The position numbers and the translations under genes were made by a program. A model generated the notes under the pieces. It made no database searches, was not told the origin of the DNA, and saw only the letters and a program-made list of their open reading frames with translations. A DNA stretch of 63,926 bases, the filler included, from Trichomonas gallinae (Eukaryota), in the NCBI GenBank assembly GCA_008369845.1. It is 5 parts of 5 records of this genome, joined end to end, with 100 filler letters (N's around TTAATTAATTAA, not from the genome) between each part and the next. Parts side by side here need not be neighbours in the genome. Positions count along the whole stretch, not along the records: positions 1 to 23,921 come from MRSU01000534.1; 4 more parts are not named here. One strand, written 5' to 3'. Position 1 is the first letter of the stretch. The number at the start of each line of letters is the position of its first letter. This document shows, in pieces, positions 1-10,324 of this stretch.

Positions 1-690
1 CTTGTCAAAGAAATACAGTTTGAAGTTTTAGAATCACAGAGTCCATCTCCTTCTGCATCTCCCAAGCCAACACCATCACAGCCACCAACACCATTTGTGA
101 TTCCAACTCCTTCATTTGCCCCAACTCCTTCACTTGCACCAACACCATCATTGATGCCAACTCCTTCATTTGCCCCAACACCATCATTGATGCCAACTCT
201 TTCACTTGCACCAACACCTTCACTTGCCCCAACACCATCACTGATGCCAACTCCTTCATTTGCCCCAACACCTTCACTTGCACCAACTCCTTCACTTGCC
301 CCAACACCATCATTGATGCCAACTCCTTCTCTCAAACCAACACCTTCTGAGATACCAACTTCACAACCAACATCATCCCCAACATCTAAACCTACGACAG
401 CTCCAACAAATCCATCATATCCTACTGCCACAGAAAAGCCAAAACCATCCCCAACAGATGATGGAAGCTCACAGGGTGGTGGTGATGCAGGTAAGGTAAC
501 AACAAAAACTTATGCTATTCTTGGAATCATCATCGCAATTATCGTTGTCCTTATTATTTTGATTATCATTTTCATTATTACAAGACGCCGCCGTCGTAAT
601 CCCGAACTTGATACACTTAATCAATCATTGGATCCATTTTCTAATTTCTATGAAGGTGGCGCAAACGGAGAAGCCATCCGCACAATATAA
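1..690 (+). CDS. 5'-truncated type I membrane surface protein (Bap/Pmp/BspA-like C-terminus): Pro/Thr/Ser stalk, TM helix, short cytosolic tail
   Basis: Frame is open from base 1 (LVKEIQFEV...). It contains PTPS(L/F)(A/M) repeats, the TM segment AILGIIIAIIVVLIILIIIFIIT, an RRRRR stop-transfer and a tail with DPF. Confidence 0.85.
   Translation, partial: LVKEIQFEVLESQSPSPSASPKPTPSQPPTPFVIPTPSFAPTPSLAPTPSLMPTPSFAPTPSLMPTLSLAPTPSLAPTPSLMPTPSFAPTPSLAPTPSLAPTPSLMPTPSLKPTPSEIPTSQPTSSPTSKPTTAPTNPSYPTATEKPKPSPTDDGSSQGGGDAGKVTTKTYAILGIIIAIIVVLIILIIIFIITRRRRRNPELDTLNQSLDPFSNFYEGGANGEAIRTI
103..345 (+). repeat. Coding 18-bp tandem repeat (about 13 copies, hexapeptide PTPSLA/PTPSLM/PTPSFA)
   Basis: Units of the type CCAACWCCWTCAYTKGCM are directly visible. 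Confidence 0.9.
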
Positions 691-1540
691 TAAATTTTGT
701 TCTATCATTTATATATATACATATTCTTGAACATTCAATTTTGAAACAGTTATAATTATATCATGAATAAAAAGGTGCTTAAAATGATTCAAAATTTGAA
801 GGAGCAAGAATAAAAATATACAGCCGCTTTTTCAGCGACTGGACAAAAAGCTTTGAGACACCCCCTTTATTTTTGATACGAATTAGTTACAACTTGCGAA
901 CATATATATTGTTATAGAGTATCATCTGATGTTTTATTCTTTATTGCGCGCCAATTTGAAACGAAGCAAATTTTATTAGACCATTTTTATTCTTGATAAA
1001 AAATTGAAATTTTACCCATCATTTGATATTTCTTATGCTTAGGCATCCATATTCAATGAATTTCATTTAAAATGCAGCAAATGGATACTATATACAGTCT
1101 TTTATATGATGCTATATGTAAGATTCCTAATATGTGACTTTGACATTGAAAATTTTACCGAGAAAAAAAAAAAAAAATCAACAAATTTCAGATTTTTAAC
1201 GAGCTATTTAAATATAATATTAGTATTAATTATATGGGAAATTTTTTACGATGATATATTTATTGAATGAGAATGACAATAATTGTGAGGAAATGCTCGC
1301 AATCATATTGGAGGCTCTTTTTCTAAAATAATATAATTGGAGTTTTTAATAATATGGGGCCATGTCATGCATATATTTCTGCAATCTAATTATGCATCTA
1401 GAAATCATAACTTTTGACATTTTAAGACATATATGGGCGTGGAATTCTTCACAATATTGAATTGTGATGTAAAAACTTTATTCAGAGACTTCTCAGAAAA
1501 AAAAAATTTTTTTTGAGAGACTTACCGGAAATATAATTTA

Positions 1541-4345
1541 ATGCTTTCTTTATTGTGCGTTTTCATTGCTTGTGAGAGTTTCATACTCGATGACCATTGG
1601 ATTGAAGATGGTCCAAACACTTTCACGCACAATTACAACAATGATGGAGGATCATTTGTTCATACAGGATCTGGAATGTTCGATGTTCAGAGCCAAGCAC
1701 GCTATAATGTTAACATAGGCCAGATATATTACTTCAAAACTCAAATATTAGCGACTGGTTCAACAGATGGAACAATTTATTTTTCCTACCGAGGCCATGA
1801 TGCAAATAATAAGCAATATTACGAAACTCCATATGTATTATTTACAGATAGGAGTGGTAATTTCATAGAATATGAGATTCCTTTTTATATTTCGAATCCG
1901 AATATCATAAATATTGTCCCACGTATATCAGGAAGAGGACATGTCGATTTTAAATATAAAATTGTTACTATAACCAAAGGTCCAACCTTCGATTTCGATC
2001 CTACTGTTTCTGACCAAATAATTGAAACTGACAAAATCAAATTTACATTTTACAAAGACAACTTTAGGTTTGACATCTACGACAAACTATCAAAAAGGAC
2101 GCATTACCAAGCAGACCCATACATGTGGCAGTATTTCACACCATCAATCAAGAGACAAGGAAATTCGATAAACATCACTGTCATGAAGAAAACAACTTTC
2201 CATATAACTTATATTGCTTTCACAGTCAGTAATAATGAAGTCAGAATCGAATTGCAACAAGACTATGATAAAGAAATAGAGTATCAGTATCCAACATACA
2301 TGATGACGCAGTCAACTGATCAATTAATCATTCCACATGGCGAAGGAATGATTATTCCAGTAAACCAAAATCTTGGCCTCCACCTATATATGTCTGGCGC
2401 AACTGGTCATGGAGTTGCAATGCAGTTTTTTGCAGCAGCCAGATATGAAAACAATATGAATGGAAAAGAAGGTTATGTTTGCATAATTGAGACACCAGAT
2501 GATTCATCAGTAACAATGCAAAAAGAAAATCAATGTGAATTTGATGTTCAATATGTCTACTGGCATAATCAGAAAGGAAATGTTTTTGGCTACAATAGAA
2601 TAGTGAAATATGTAATATTCAATGATAGAGGACATGTTTCGGCTGCTTTGGCTTACAAAGAGTTTGTTACAAATATAGGAAGACGTGTAACATTTCTCCA
2701 AAAAGCAGAAAAGAACCCATCATTATTAGAAACATATAAGAAATTACAAGGAGCTCCAAATATTTGGATGTGGACAGATTATCAAAGAGTTTACAATGAA
2801 ATGAAGAATACATTCAAGTGGACGAATTTATTGGCATCAGAAACAGATGGTTCGTTCGTTGAATGGGCTAAATCAAATGGAATTGTTCCATCGAGATATG
2901 ATATTTATCAGGATGCTATTGATCCAGCTCTCAAGTCACAGTTTGATTGGAACAGAGATTGGGTTGATGATGCTTATGCTAATGATGAGCTTGTGTTGAA
3001 TGAAGATGGATCGAGAAGAAAAGGTTGGGGAGTTTATCCTAAGAATGGAGGTGAAATGCAATACGCTGGAGTTGTTTCAGATAAATTCTGGCCAAAATAC
3101 TTGAGAAAGAAGATAGACAATGAAATGAAAAATGGAATTAAAAGACTTGCAAGATTCATAGATACGGCAACTGCTTCTGAATGGTATGAAGATTATCACC
3201 CGAGCCATCCATCAAACAAAACTCTTTCCAAGCATCAAAGATATGCCACACTCGATGTTTTGCACAACGAATATGGATTGGTTGTTGGCAGTGAAACAGG
3301 TCATGATAGTGCTGTTGGTGCTTGTGACTATTTCGAAGGCATGATGTCACTTCCTCAGTTTAGAACAAATGATCCAGGCAGAAACATGGAGAAGGTTGTA
3401 ATGAACCCAGAAGAAAGAGTCGTGAAATACCAAGTAGGAGAAAGATACAGACTTCCTCTTTGGGAATTGGTTTACCATGACTGTGTTATAGCATATTGGT
3501 ATTGGGGAGATTACAATAACAAGATGCCAACACTTTGGCATAAAAGAGATTTGTTTAATGCTTTGTATGCTGTACCTCCAATGTATTTCATCACTAGTGA
3601 AAACTGGGATTCAATCAAAAGCCAAGTGAATGAAAGCTACTACATAGCAACTGAATCTTCAAAATATACAATGTTTGCTGAGATGATAGACCACAAGATC
3701 TTGAAAGAAGATTGGTCTGTTCAACAATGCATCTTCAGCAATGGCGTAAAATCATCAGTCAACTTTGGCTCTACCGATTTCACAATGAGCGATGGATTCA
3801 TTCTTAAATCAGGAACATCACGCGTTGAAATTCCTGAATCATTGAAACCTAAACAACCTCCAACACAAATACCAACTAAATCATTAACAAAATCTCCTTC
3901 AATATCTCCATCTCAATCACCAACAAAATCTCAAACAAGATCACCGACTAAATCACCATCTAGATCTCCTTCAAAATCGTCAGCTCATTCAACAAATCCA
4001 AGATCAAATATTCCAACTAAATCATCTGAAGCAAACACACCAGCAAGAACGAAAATGGATAATCCAAAAGCAACAACGAAATCTATGAATCCAACTGATA
4101 CAGTTTTAACATTGGATGATTCAGCAAATGCAGATAAGGGAACAAATGATAAAGATAATGAAGATTCATCAAGTAATTTAAAGAAAGTTTTGATAGTTGC
4201 AATTAGTGTTGGTAGCGTTTTTGTTGTCATTTGTGTTATTTCGATCACTTTGATAATTAAAAAGCGTAAATCATCAATCGAAGACACATCAAATGACGGT
4301 GATGAACCAGGCAACAGAACTGCACTCACAGAGTATCTTGTTTGA
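1541..4345 (+). CDS. Membrane-anchored glycoside hydrolase, GH129/GH101-like (GHL) catalytic domain, with possible N-terminal carbohydrate-binding module, S/T/P stalk and C-terminal TM
   Basis: Signal peptide MLSLLCVFIAC. Motifs RYDIYQD, RFIDTATA-YEDYHPSHP, VVGSETGHD, DYFEGMMS and LPLWELVYHDCVIAYWYWGDYNNK resemble bacterial GH129-like proteins. TKSP/SPS stalk and TM VLIVAISVGSVFVVICVISITLII. Confidence 0.75.
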   Translation: MLSLLCVFIACESFILDDHWIEDGPNTFTHNYNNDGGSFVHTGSGMFDVQSQARYNVNIGQIYYFKTQILATGSTDGTIYFSYRGHDANNKQYYETPYVLFTDRSGNFIEYEIPFYISNPNIINIVPRISGRGHVDFKYKIVTITKGPTFDFDPTVSDQIIETDKIKFTFYKDNFRFDIYDKLSKRTHYQADPYMWQYFTPSIKRQGNSINITVMKKTTFHITYIAFTVSNNEVRIELQQDYDKEIEYQYPTYMMTQSTDQLIIPHGEGMIIPVNQNLGLHLYMSGATGHGVAMQFFAAARYENNMNGKEGYVCIIETPDDSSVTMQKENQCEFDVQYVYWHNQKGNVFGYNRIVKYVIFNDRGHVSAALAYKEFVTNIGRRVTFLQKAEKNPSLLETYKKLQGAPNIWMWTDYQRVYNEMKNTFKWTNLLASETDGSFVEWAKSNGIVPSRYDIYQDAIDPALKSQFDWNRDWVDDAYANDELVLNEDGSRRKGWGVYPKNGGEMQYAGVVSDKFWPKYLRKKIDNEMKNGIKRLARFIDTATASEWYEDYHPSHPSNKTLSKHQRYATLDVLHNEYGLVVGSETGHDSAVGACDYFEGMMSLPQFRTNDPGRNMEKVVMNPEERVVKYQVGERYRLPLWELVYHDCVIAYWYWGDYNNKMPTLWHKRDLFNALYAVPPMYFITSENWDSIKSQVNESYYIATESSKYTMFAEMIDHKILKEDWSVQQCIFSNGVKSSVNFGSTDFTMSDGFILKSGTSRVEIPESLKPKQPPTQIPTKSLTKSPSISPSQSPTKSQTRSPTKSPSRSPSKSSAHSTNPRSNIPTKSSEANTPARTKMDNPKATTKSMNPTDTVLTLDDSANADKGTNDKDNEDSSSNLKKVLIVAISVGSVFVVICVISITLIIKKRKSSIEDTSNDGDEPGNRTALTEYLV

Positions 4346-4390
4346 TTTTATAATTATAAAAATTACCATATATAGATTTTATTTATAACT

Positions 4391-5689
4391 CTATTGTTTG
4401 CGATGGAGAAGCGATTTTGCAATGTCAGCACCAGAGATGTGCTCCTTGTATATTTTATCGAGAAGTGGATTGTGATGTGACCTGCGATAAAGATTCGTTT
4501 GGTCATCTTTGATTAATGCGTCTTGTCTCTTTTTGAGAACTAATTCATCACTGATTGGATAGTTGCCTCCACCATTGATACAGCCGCCAGGACATGAAGA
4601 ACACTCAATATAAACAACATCCTTGAGCTGTTTGTCGTTCTTTACAACTCTGTTCGCGATGCCTTCTGAGATGACGTCGCCTGTTGTTGCGCCGACTTTC
4701 ATTCCGCTGATGATTGAAAGACGGACTGGATCTGAATAACCGCGAAGGCTGTGGAAGTCGATGGACTTTGTTGCATTAGGAAGAGACTGCGTGATTGTGC
4801 GCATCAATCCTTCAGCGACTCCTCCTGTTGTCTCGCAAAGAGTTGCAGCTCCACTTGATTTGTCGAAAGGTGGATCGAAATCTGACTCACTTTGAGATTC
4901 TAGTTCTTTGATGTCAATAAAATCAAGGATTTCTTTGATCGTCATATGATAGTCGCTCTCGTTGTTTTCTTTGGCAGCTGAGCAGCTCGAAACAGAGACA
5001 ACGAATGACTTATCAAACATCTTGCGAATTATTGATGTCAAGCAGTTAGACGGTGTTTTAACAGTCGAAAGATGTTTTGCGAGTTCTTTGTTGTTTTTCT
5101 GGATATATTCAACGAATGCTGGGCAGTGAGATGAAAGTAAAAGATTCTGCTTCTCAATGGCATCCATTAACAATAGGTTTTCTTCGTGTAAAAAGATGTC
5201 TGAGCCAAAATCTCCGTTGAATACGTAGTCGAAACCTTGTTTTTTGAGAAGCGAAATCAATTTCTTGACATTGATTTCTTTGTTGAGTTGGATGCTAAGC
5301 GAATGAATTACATTTGAATCGAAGAAAATTATTGATTTAATGAAATCATGTTTCTTGAGAGATTCTTTGGCTTTGACAGCATCTGAATTAACTGTTATTG
5401 CACGTGGTGGGCAGTAATTTGTGCATTGACCGCATTTGTTGCATTTTGTATTATTTAAAGGTTCAGCTGTAGATGTTTGAAGAAAAACTCTATCACCAAG
5501 CTTTGAAAAGCCAAATACGCGCTTATCACAAATTTGAGCACAAAATGTGCAATTATTGCATTTCGAAAAATCAATTGTAATTGATTTTGTAGATTTGTCG
5601 ACGGCATTCTTGCTATTGAACTCTTTGATTGCATCTTCGATCAGTTTCCGCTGACTATTTGTATTAAATCTCGAAACAGAAGCAAGCAT
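4391..5689 (-). CDS. [FeFe]-hydrogenase-like protein with 2x[4Fe-4S] ferredoxin domain, degenerate H-cluster and hydrogenosomal leader
   Basis: Leader MLASVSRF; CNNCTFCAQIC and CNKCGQCTNYCP; GFDYVF; H-cluster motif variants SSHCPAF, SSCSAAKE and ECSSCPGGCINGGG; TTGGVAEG; RRSHHNP...LLH. Confidence 0.85.
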   Translation of the reverse strand: MLASVSRFNTNSQRKLIEDAIKEFNSKNAVDKSTKSITIDFSKCNNCTFCAQICDKRVFGFSKLGDRVFLQTSTAEPLNNTKCNKCGQCTNYCPPRAITVNSDAVKAKESLKKHDFIKSIIFFDSNVIHSLSIQLNKEINVKKLISLLKKQGFDYVFNGDFGSDIFLHEENLLLMDAIEKQNLLLSSHCPAFVEYIQKNNKELAKHLSTVKTPSNCLTSIIRKMFDKSFVVSVSSCSAAKENNESDYHMTIKEILDFIDIKELESQSESDFDPPFDKSSGAATLCETTGGVAEGLMRTITQSLPNATKSIDFHSLRGYSDPVRLSIISGMKVGATTGDVISEGIANRVVKNDKQLKDVVYIECSSCPGGCINGGGNYPISDELVLKKRQDALIKDDQTNLYRRSHHNPLLDKIYKEHISGADIAKSLLHRKQ

Positions 5690-6656
5690 TGTTCAAAAAT
5701 ATTTTACATGACAAAATGTCAATGTAATGATTTTATTTGCATGAATGAATTACAATCATTCTAAAATTTGAAGTATCCTGGAGTATCTGAATAATAACAA
5801 GTCAAAATATTGACATCTATTAATCTAATGTAAAGGGAAAAAAATTATTTATATATTACTCAAGCAAAAAATATAAAACATAAGAATTTTCTGATCGAAC
5901 ACCATTACTTGTTGCTTCAAAAAGTGAGAATGGATGCACCCGTAACAAACAGAAAATTAACAGACGAAGGTGAATTTCGAAAATAAAATCAAAATTCTGA
6001 TAATGCTAAGGCTATAAATATGATATATAATTCGTTAAGAGTAAATTTATGTAAAATAGTCAAAATAATAAATTAAATTTATTAATTAATTGAATTGATA
6101 AAAACTACAACACATATGCAGATAGAATGTACAATCAGTTATGATACAGAAGATAAATAAGAAAAGTGACGGATCTGTGATGAAGTAAATTTTTCACCGA
6201 ACAAAGTAGTTTAAAACTAAATTTTATAGTTTTTTTATAATAATTGCATATTTATATGTATATATTATTAATAAGCAAATATAAATTAAATAACATATAA
6301 CGATTATTTTTAATTCAATGTGATTACATCGCTTATTTGAAAAATTCACTTCATATGTAATAAATAAATCATGGTTATAAAAGAATGTGAAATATTTAAA
6401 ATCATTTCATTTCGATTAGAAAAAAAATAAATCTTGTAGGAGGAATAATAAACATATCTACCTGATTATTGAACTATCGAATTTTAAAATCGTAAACTTA
6501 TCAAAAATTGCGTAAATTATTGAAATTATTTTGTAAACTATTGATTTATCTTCCATTGAAAATGAAATATCATTAAAAATAACATATATTACTAATGTAA
6601 CAATATTTATTTATTAAAAAATTAAAAGGTAAAATGGTCATTTTTTTTTTGAAATT

Positions 6657-7094
6657 TTGGAGATTCCTCAAGAGCTACTCGATAAATACAAGCAACGATT
6701 CGACGAATTGGACTTAGATAATACTGGACTTCTATCTAGAGAAGCTGTTTTTCAGATTTTAAATGATGAAGCGACAGAATTAGAAAAATTAATGATAATT
6801 ATTCTCTTCGAAAAGTATGATATAAACCACGACGGAAAAATAGATTTCCAAGAGTATGTGAAATTCTGTTCCGAAATGCAAAACCTTACAGACAAAGAGA
6901 TATTAAGAACGATATTTGATTTTTGCGATAAAGATCACAACGAGCATCTTGATGTCGACGAAGTGATAATGCTTGGCCTACAGATGGGCAAGAAAGTTAC
7001 AAAATCTGATGCTTGGGCCACAATCCGACATTTTGATCTAAATTGTGATAACACCATCGATTTTAACGAATTCTGCGCCATTGTTGGCGATTAA
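6657..7094 (+). CDS. EF-hand (calmodulin-like) calcium-binding protein; start codon anomalous (TTG)
   Basis: Four EF-hand loops: DLDNTGLLSRE, DINHDGKIDFQE, DKDHNEHLDVDE, DLNCDNTIDFNE. An Inr-like TCATTTT at 6638 precedes it. Confidence 0.8.
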   Translation: MEIPQELLDKYKQRFDELDLDNTGLLSREAVFQILNDEATELEKLMIIILFEKYDINHDGKIDFQEYVKFCSEMQNLTDKEILRTIFDFCDKDHNEHLDVDEVIMLGLQMGKKVTKSDAWATIRHFDLNCDNTIDFNEFCAIVGD

Positions 7095-7391
7095 TACACC
7101 ATGTAATTAAATGTTTATTTGTTTTTTGATCAAATATATAATATTTATAACACATATCAAATCAAATCCATTTGTTATTGTTGATATAAGAAAAATATTA
7201 TATATCCATAATAGGTTTGATGAATAGATTGATATATTCCATGAAATTATATGATTTAACACGAAAAAAAAATTGATAATAATATTTTTATGTCGTTAAG
7301 CATGCTTTTAGTATTATTTTGAATGTCATCAATCCATTAAAATCATTGGTAGTACAATAAATTTTAAAAAACAACAAATTAAAAAGCAATA

Positions 7392-10103
7392 TTAAAAATA
7401 GTGACCCATCATCTCACCGATTAGTAAACGATGTGTTTCTGGAATATTTTCCTCGTCAAGGATGGATCTTCCGCTGCAATTCTCAATCATGCACAATAAT
7501 TTCACAATTTCAATTCTTGTTTTACTATTTCCTGCCTTAAAGATGCTGTAAAGTGTTTGGTAGTACTTATTTGCATCTCTTAAAAATTTTGATGAGCAAT
7601 AACAAACAAATTTCGATAATCCAGGAATTTGTTTTTTGATTTCATCAATTTTTCCAGTTAAAATAGAATCAAGCAAATAAGAATCTTTGATATTGGCTGC
7701 AACTTCCATAATCTTGTTCTCTGAGTGAGAATATTGAGATTCACTCAAGGATTCAACGTGATTTATAAATGATTTGAGTAATTCCGATTTTTGTGTATCA
7801 TCTGTGCTCTTAAATGCTTCTATTACAACAGAATAATCATAATCTACCTTATTTTTGTCACTCTGCTGCAATTTGAGGGATTCACGGATAAATGGAGCGA
7901 AAAATTTCTTAAATTCTGCGCCTTGGCTTGATCCAATCTTTTGTACATGCTGTGTGTATCTCATTGATATTTCTCTTGCAAGCATAATGCAGCAACTATC
8001 ATTTGTTTTTGCAAATGATTTCATCACTAAACGAGAAATTGTGGAAAATGTAAGATTATTGTTACAATATGGTGAAGTAAGAACAGCTAAGCAGAAATGT
8101 TCTACTGGAAGACTCTTAGAGCTACATTCTCCTGCATCAATTGCATTTGATATTAAATCTTCTTGATTTGATTCGATAACAAGTGCATCAAAAAGAGCAT
8201 CACTTTCTGACACATTAGACAAGTTTAACATTAGCATAACAATCTCTTTAATGTGAGAATTCAAAATTTCTGGATATCTTAGAATTAAATCGTGAAGCAA
8301 TCCAGTAACAAACTGTGCCACTCTAATATGATATATCTCACAAGATGCAAGAACTATTTCAATTACCTTTTCCACGTTAAATGGCTGATTATTTGTAATC
8401 GCATGCGAAATCTGTTCAAGATAAGTTAATTTTTCAAGCCAAGAAGCTTTCCTGATAACACTGACAGGAATACTGACCAGTGGGCGACGAATATTTGTTG
8501 ATTCTGTTGAAAATCTCGTTTTTTGATCCGCGAATGAAAATTTATGTCTAAAATCGGAGAACGTGCTGCCTGGATTCCTCACTGCTTGCATTGACGTGTG
8601 CTGCTTTAAGACGCTTTCATCTGATTTAGCCAGTTTCTCTGAATCATCTTTAAATGAAGGAGAAAGCGATTCAGTTAAATCTTCAATGACTTTTTCTGCT
8701 TTTGGAACTAAAATCTTTTTCTGTGGAAGAGGAATCTTATACGGTGAGCTAATTGAGTCGAGAGCAGGACTCTTTTCATTAGTATCGTTATCAAATTTCG
8801 ATGAAGCCTTTGATAATGGAGATCCTTTCAAACTCTGCTTGGATTTTGATTTATCTTCGTTTGCTTCATTCACATTTGATAGTAATTTGTCTAATTCTTT
8901 GAGATTAACTTTTTGATGATCTGGATTTTCTTGAGAAACTGGTTTAGTTGGCTGCGAATTAGAAGATATTTGCGTTTTATTAGCACTGTCACTCTTTTTA
9001 GGTTCAGATATCGAAGAATAAGTATAATCACTATAATACCAATGACTGTAATAACCGTAATCGCTTTTATTCTTTTCTTTCTTAGGTTTATCTGATTCTG
9101 GGGTTTTATATAGCTCTCTTGGGATTCTTTTCTCAGTTTGCAATAAAATTCCGCTTGTTTGTGTATTTTTATCTGATTTAATCGATGTATTTAATTTATT
9201 TTGCCTTGGAGATGGTTTTGTTTTGGATTTTTGTGCTGTTTTAATGCTGGATTTCGAAGTTGAATTTATAATTTCTTCTGGGATAGTTTCTATCTTGGAA
9301 TTATGAGGTGTTTCAGCTAAATTAGATCCTTTTGTCTTTCTATCAAGAATATTTTTACTATCTTGATTAATCAAAGAAGAACTAGATTTAAACAAGCTAA
9401 AACTATCTTGTGTAATAGAAACACTTTTTGTAGGTATAATTGATAACGATTTACTTGAGCTTTTCGATGATTCATTTGGAATTTTTGATAAATGAATTTT
9501 GATATTTTGATTTAAAAGTTGTGTCGCTTCATATGAAACAACAACTTTCTCATATGATGCAATTACTTTTTCAGGCTCAGCATTTTTCAAGATTTTTATT
9601 GCTAAATTTCGTATTTGATAATTTGGATCATCCAGTAGTTGAAATATTGGACAAAGAGGAATCCTTGTGGCAATTGTAGCTAGTATTTCTAAGATTTGTT
9701 CTCTGATTTGAAGAGTTTTTCCTTGAAAAATTATTTCTTTAATTATTTTCCAATAACGAAGTGGCTCAATTCTTGTTAAAATGATCGTAATAGATTTAAG
9801 GGATGTGTTTGATATATGCTTATTAGTTTGATATAAAGAAGAGAGTAAATTTGGTAAGCAAATTTCGATATTTGGTAGTAAATCCGTGTATTTTTCGATC
9901 ATATCTTGCATTATATCATGTGTTTGTATTCTTATTTTGATGTGAGTGTGATTTAAAAGACTGATTAAAGATTTGAATATTTCATCAACATTATTTTCGA
10001 GAATAGCATCACTAGCAATAAGAGAATTGACCTTTGATAGAGCTTCTATAACATCTCGTGTATTGTCAGAAGCAAGTTTTTCATTAATCAACATATCTGT
10101 CAT
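7392..10103 (-). CDS. HEAT/ARM-repeat protein (TOG/CLASP-like architecture) with Ser/Lys-rich disordered middle
   Basis: 903-aa ORF with HEAT-like ends (LLNHTHIKIR, LLDDPNYQIRNLA) flanking a low-complexity linker. Confidence 0.55.
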   Translation of the reverse strand: MTDMLINEKLASDNTRDVIEALSKVNSLIASDAILENNVDEIFKSLISLLNHTHIKIRIQTHDIMQDMIEKYTDLLPNIEICLPNLLSSLYQTNKHISNTSLKSITIILTRIEPLRYWKIIKEIIFQGKTLQIREQILEILATIATRIPLCPIFQLLDDPNYQIRNLAIKILKNAEPEKVIASYEKVVVSYEATQLLNQNIKIHLSKIPNESSKSSSKSLSIIPTKSVSITQDSFSLFKSSSSLINQDSKNILDRKTKGSNLAETPHNSKIETIPEEIINSTSKSSIKTAQKSKTKPSPRQNKLNTSIKSDKNTQTSGILLQTEKRIPRELYKTPESDKPKKEKNKSDYGYYSHWYYSDYTYSSISEPKKSDSANKTQISSNSQPTKPVSQENPDHQKVNLKELDKLLSNVNEANEDKSKSKQSLKGSPLSKASSKFDNDTNEKSPALDSISSPYKIPLPQKKILVPKAEKVIEDLTESLSPSFKDDSEKLAKSDESVLKQHTSMQAVRNPGSTFSDFRHKFSFADQKTRFSTESTNIRRPLVSIPVSVIRKASWLEKLTYLEQISHAITNNQPFNVEKVIEIVLASCEIYHIRVAQFVTGLLHDLILRYPEILNSHIKEIVMLMLNLSNVSESDALFDALVIESNQEDLISNAIDAGECSSKSLPVEHFCLAVLTSPYCNNNLTFSTISRLVMKSFAKTNDSCCIMLAREISMRYTQHVQKIGSSQGAEFKKFFAPFIRESLKLQQSDKNKVDYDYSVVIEAFKSTDDTQKSELLKSFINHVESLSESQYSHSENKIMEVAANIKDSYLLDSILTGKIDEIKKQIPGLSKFVCYCSSKFLRDANKYYQTLYSIFKAGNSKTRIEIVKLLCMIENCSGRSILDEENIPETHRLLIGEMMGHYF

Positions 10104-10282
10104 AACTATTATAATTTTGACATGTACTTTTATAAATCTGACATTAACTATTTTGACATGTACTCATAGAAATTTGTCATGTAATCTTTATTTTTGACAT
10201 ATACTCTTAGAAATCTGACATGTAATTATTTTGAATTTGACATATAAAAATCTGTCATGTACTCTTAAAAATTTGGCATGTA
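10098..10282 (+). promoter_or_regulatory. Array of about 10 TGNCATRTA-like motifs in a 221-bp divergent intergenic region
   Basis: Copies start at 10098, 10118, 10139, 10154, 10175, 10195, 10216, 10238, 10253 and 10274. A regulatory role is inferred from position. Confidence 0.6.
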
Positions 10283-10305
10283 AAATATTTTTCTAAAATT
10301 ATTGG

Positions 10306-10312
10306 TCACTTT
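10306..10312 (+). promoter_or_regulatory. Trichomonad initiator (Inr) element
   Basis: TCACTTT 19 nt upstream of the ATG at 10325; matches the known TCAY(T/A) Inr consensus and spacing. Confidence 0.7.
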
Positions 10313-10324
10313 CTTACAATAAAA

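Noticed and set aside
5..322. Antisense 105-aa ORF
   Set aside because: Shadow of the 18-bp coding repeat on the plus strand.
1541..5689. Bacterial contamination or operon (glycosidase plus hydrogenase)
   Set aside because: The genes are convergent, carry eukaryotic targeting features and are contiguous with dynein and EF-hand genes on the same contig.
10098..10282. CRISPR-like appearance of the regularly spaced repeat
   Set aside because: Core of only 9 bp with a period near 21 bp, partly related spacers, no cas genes and a eukaryotic context.
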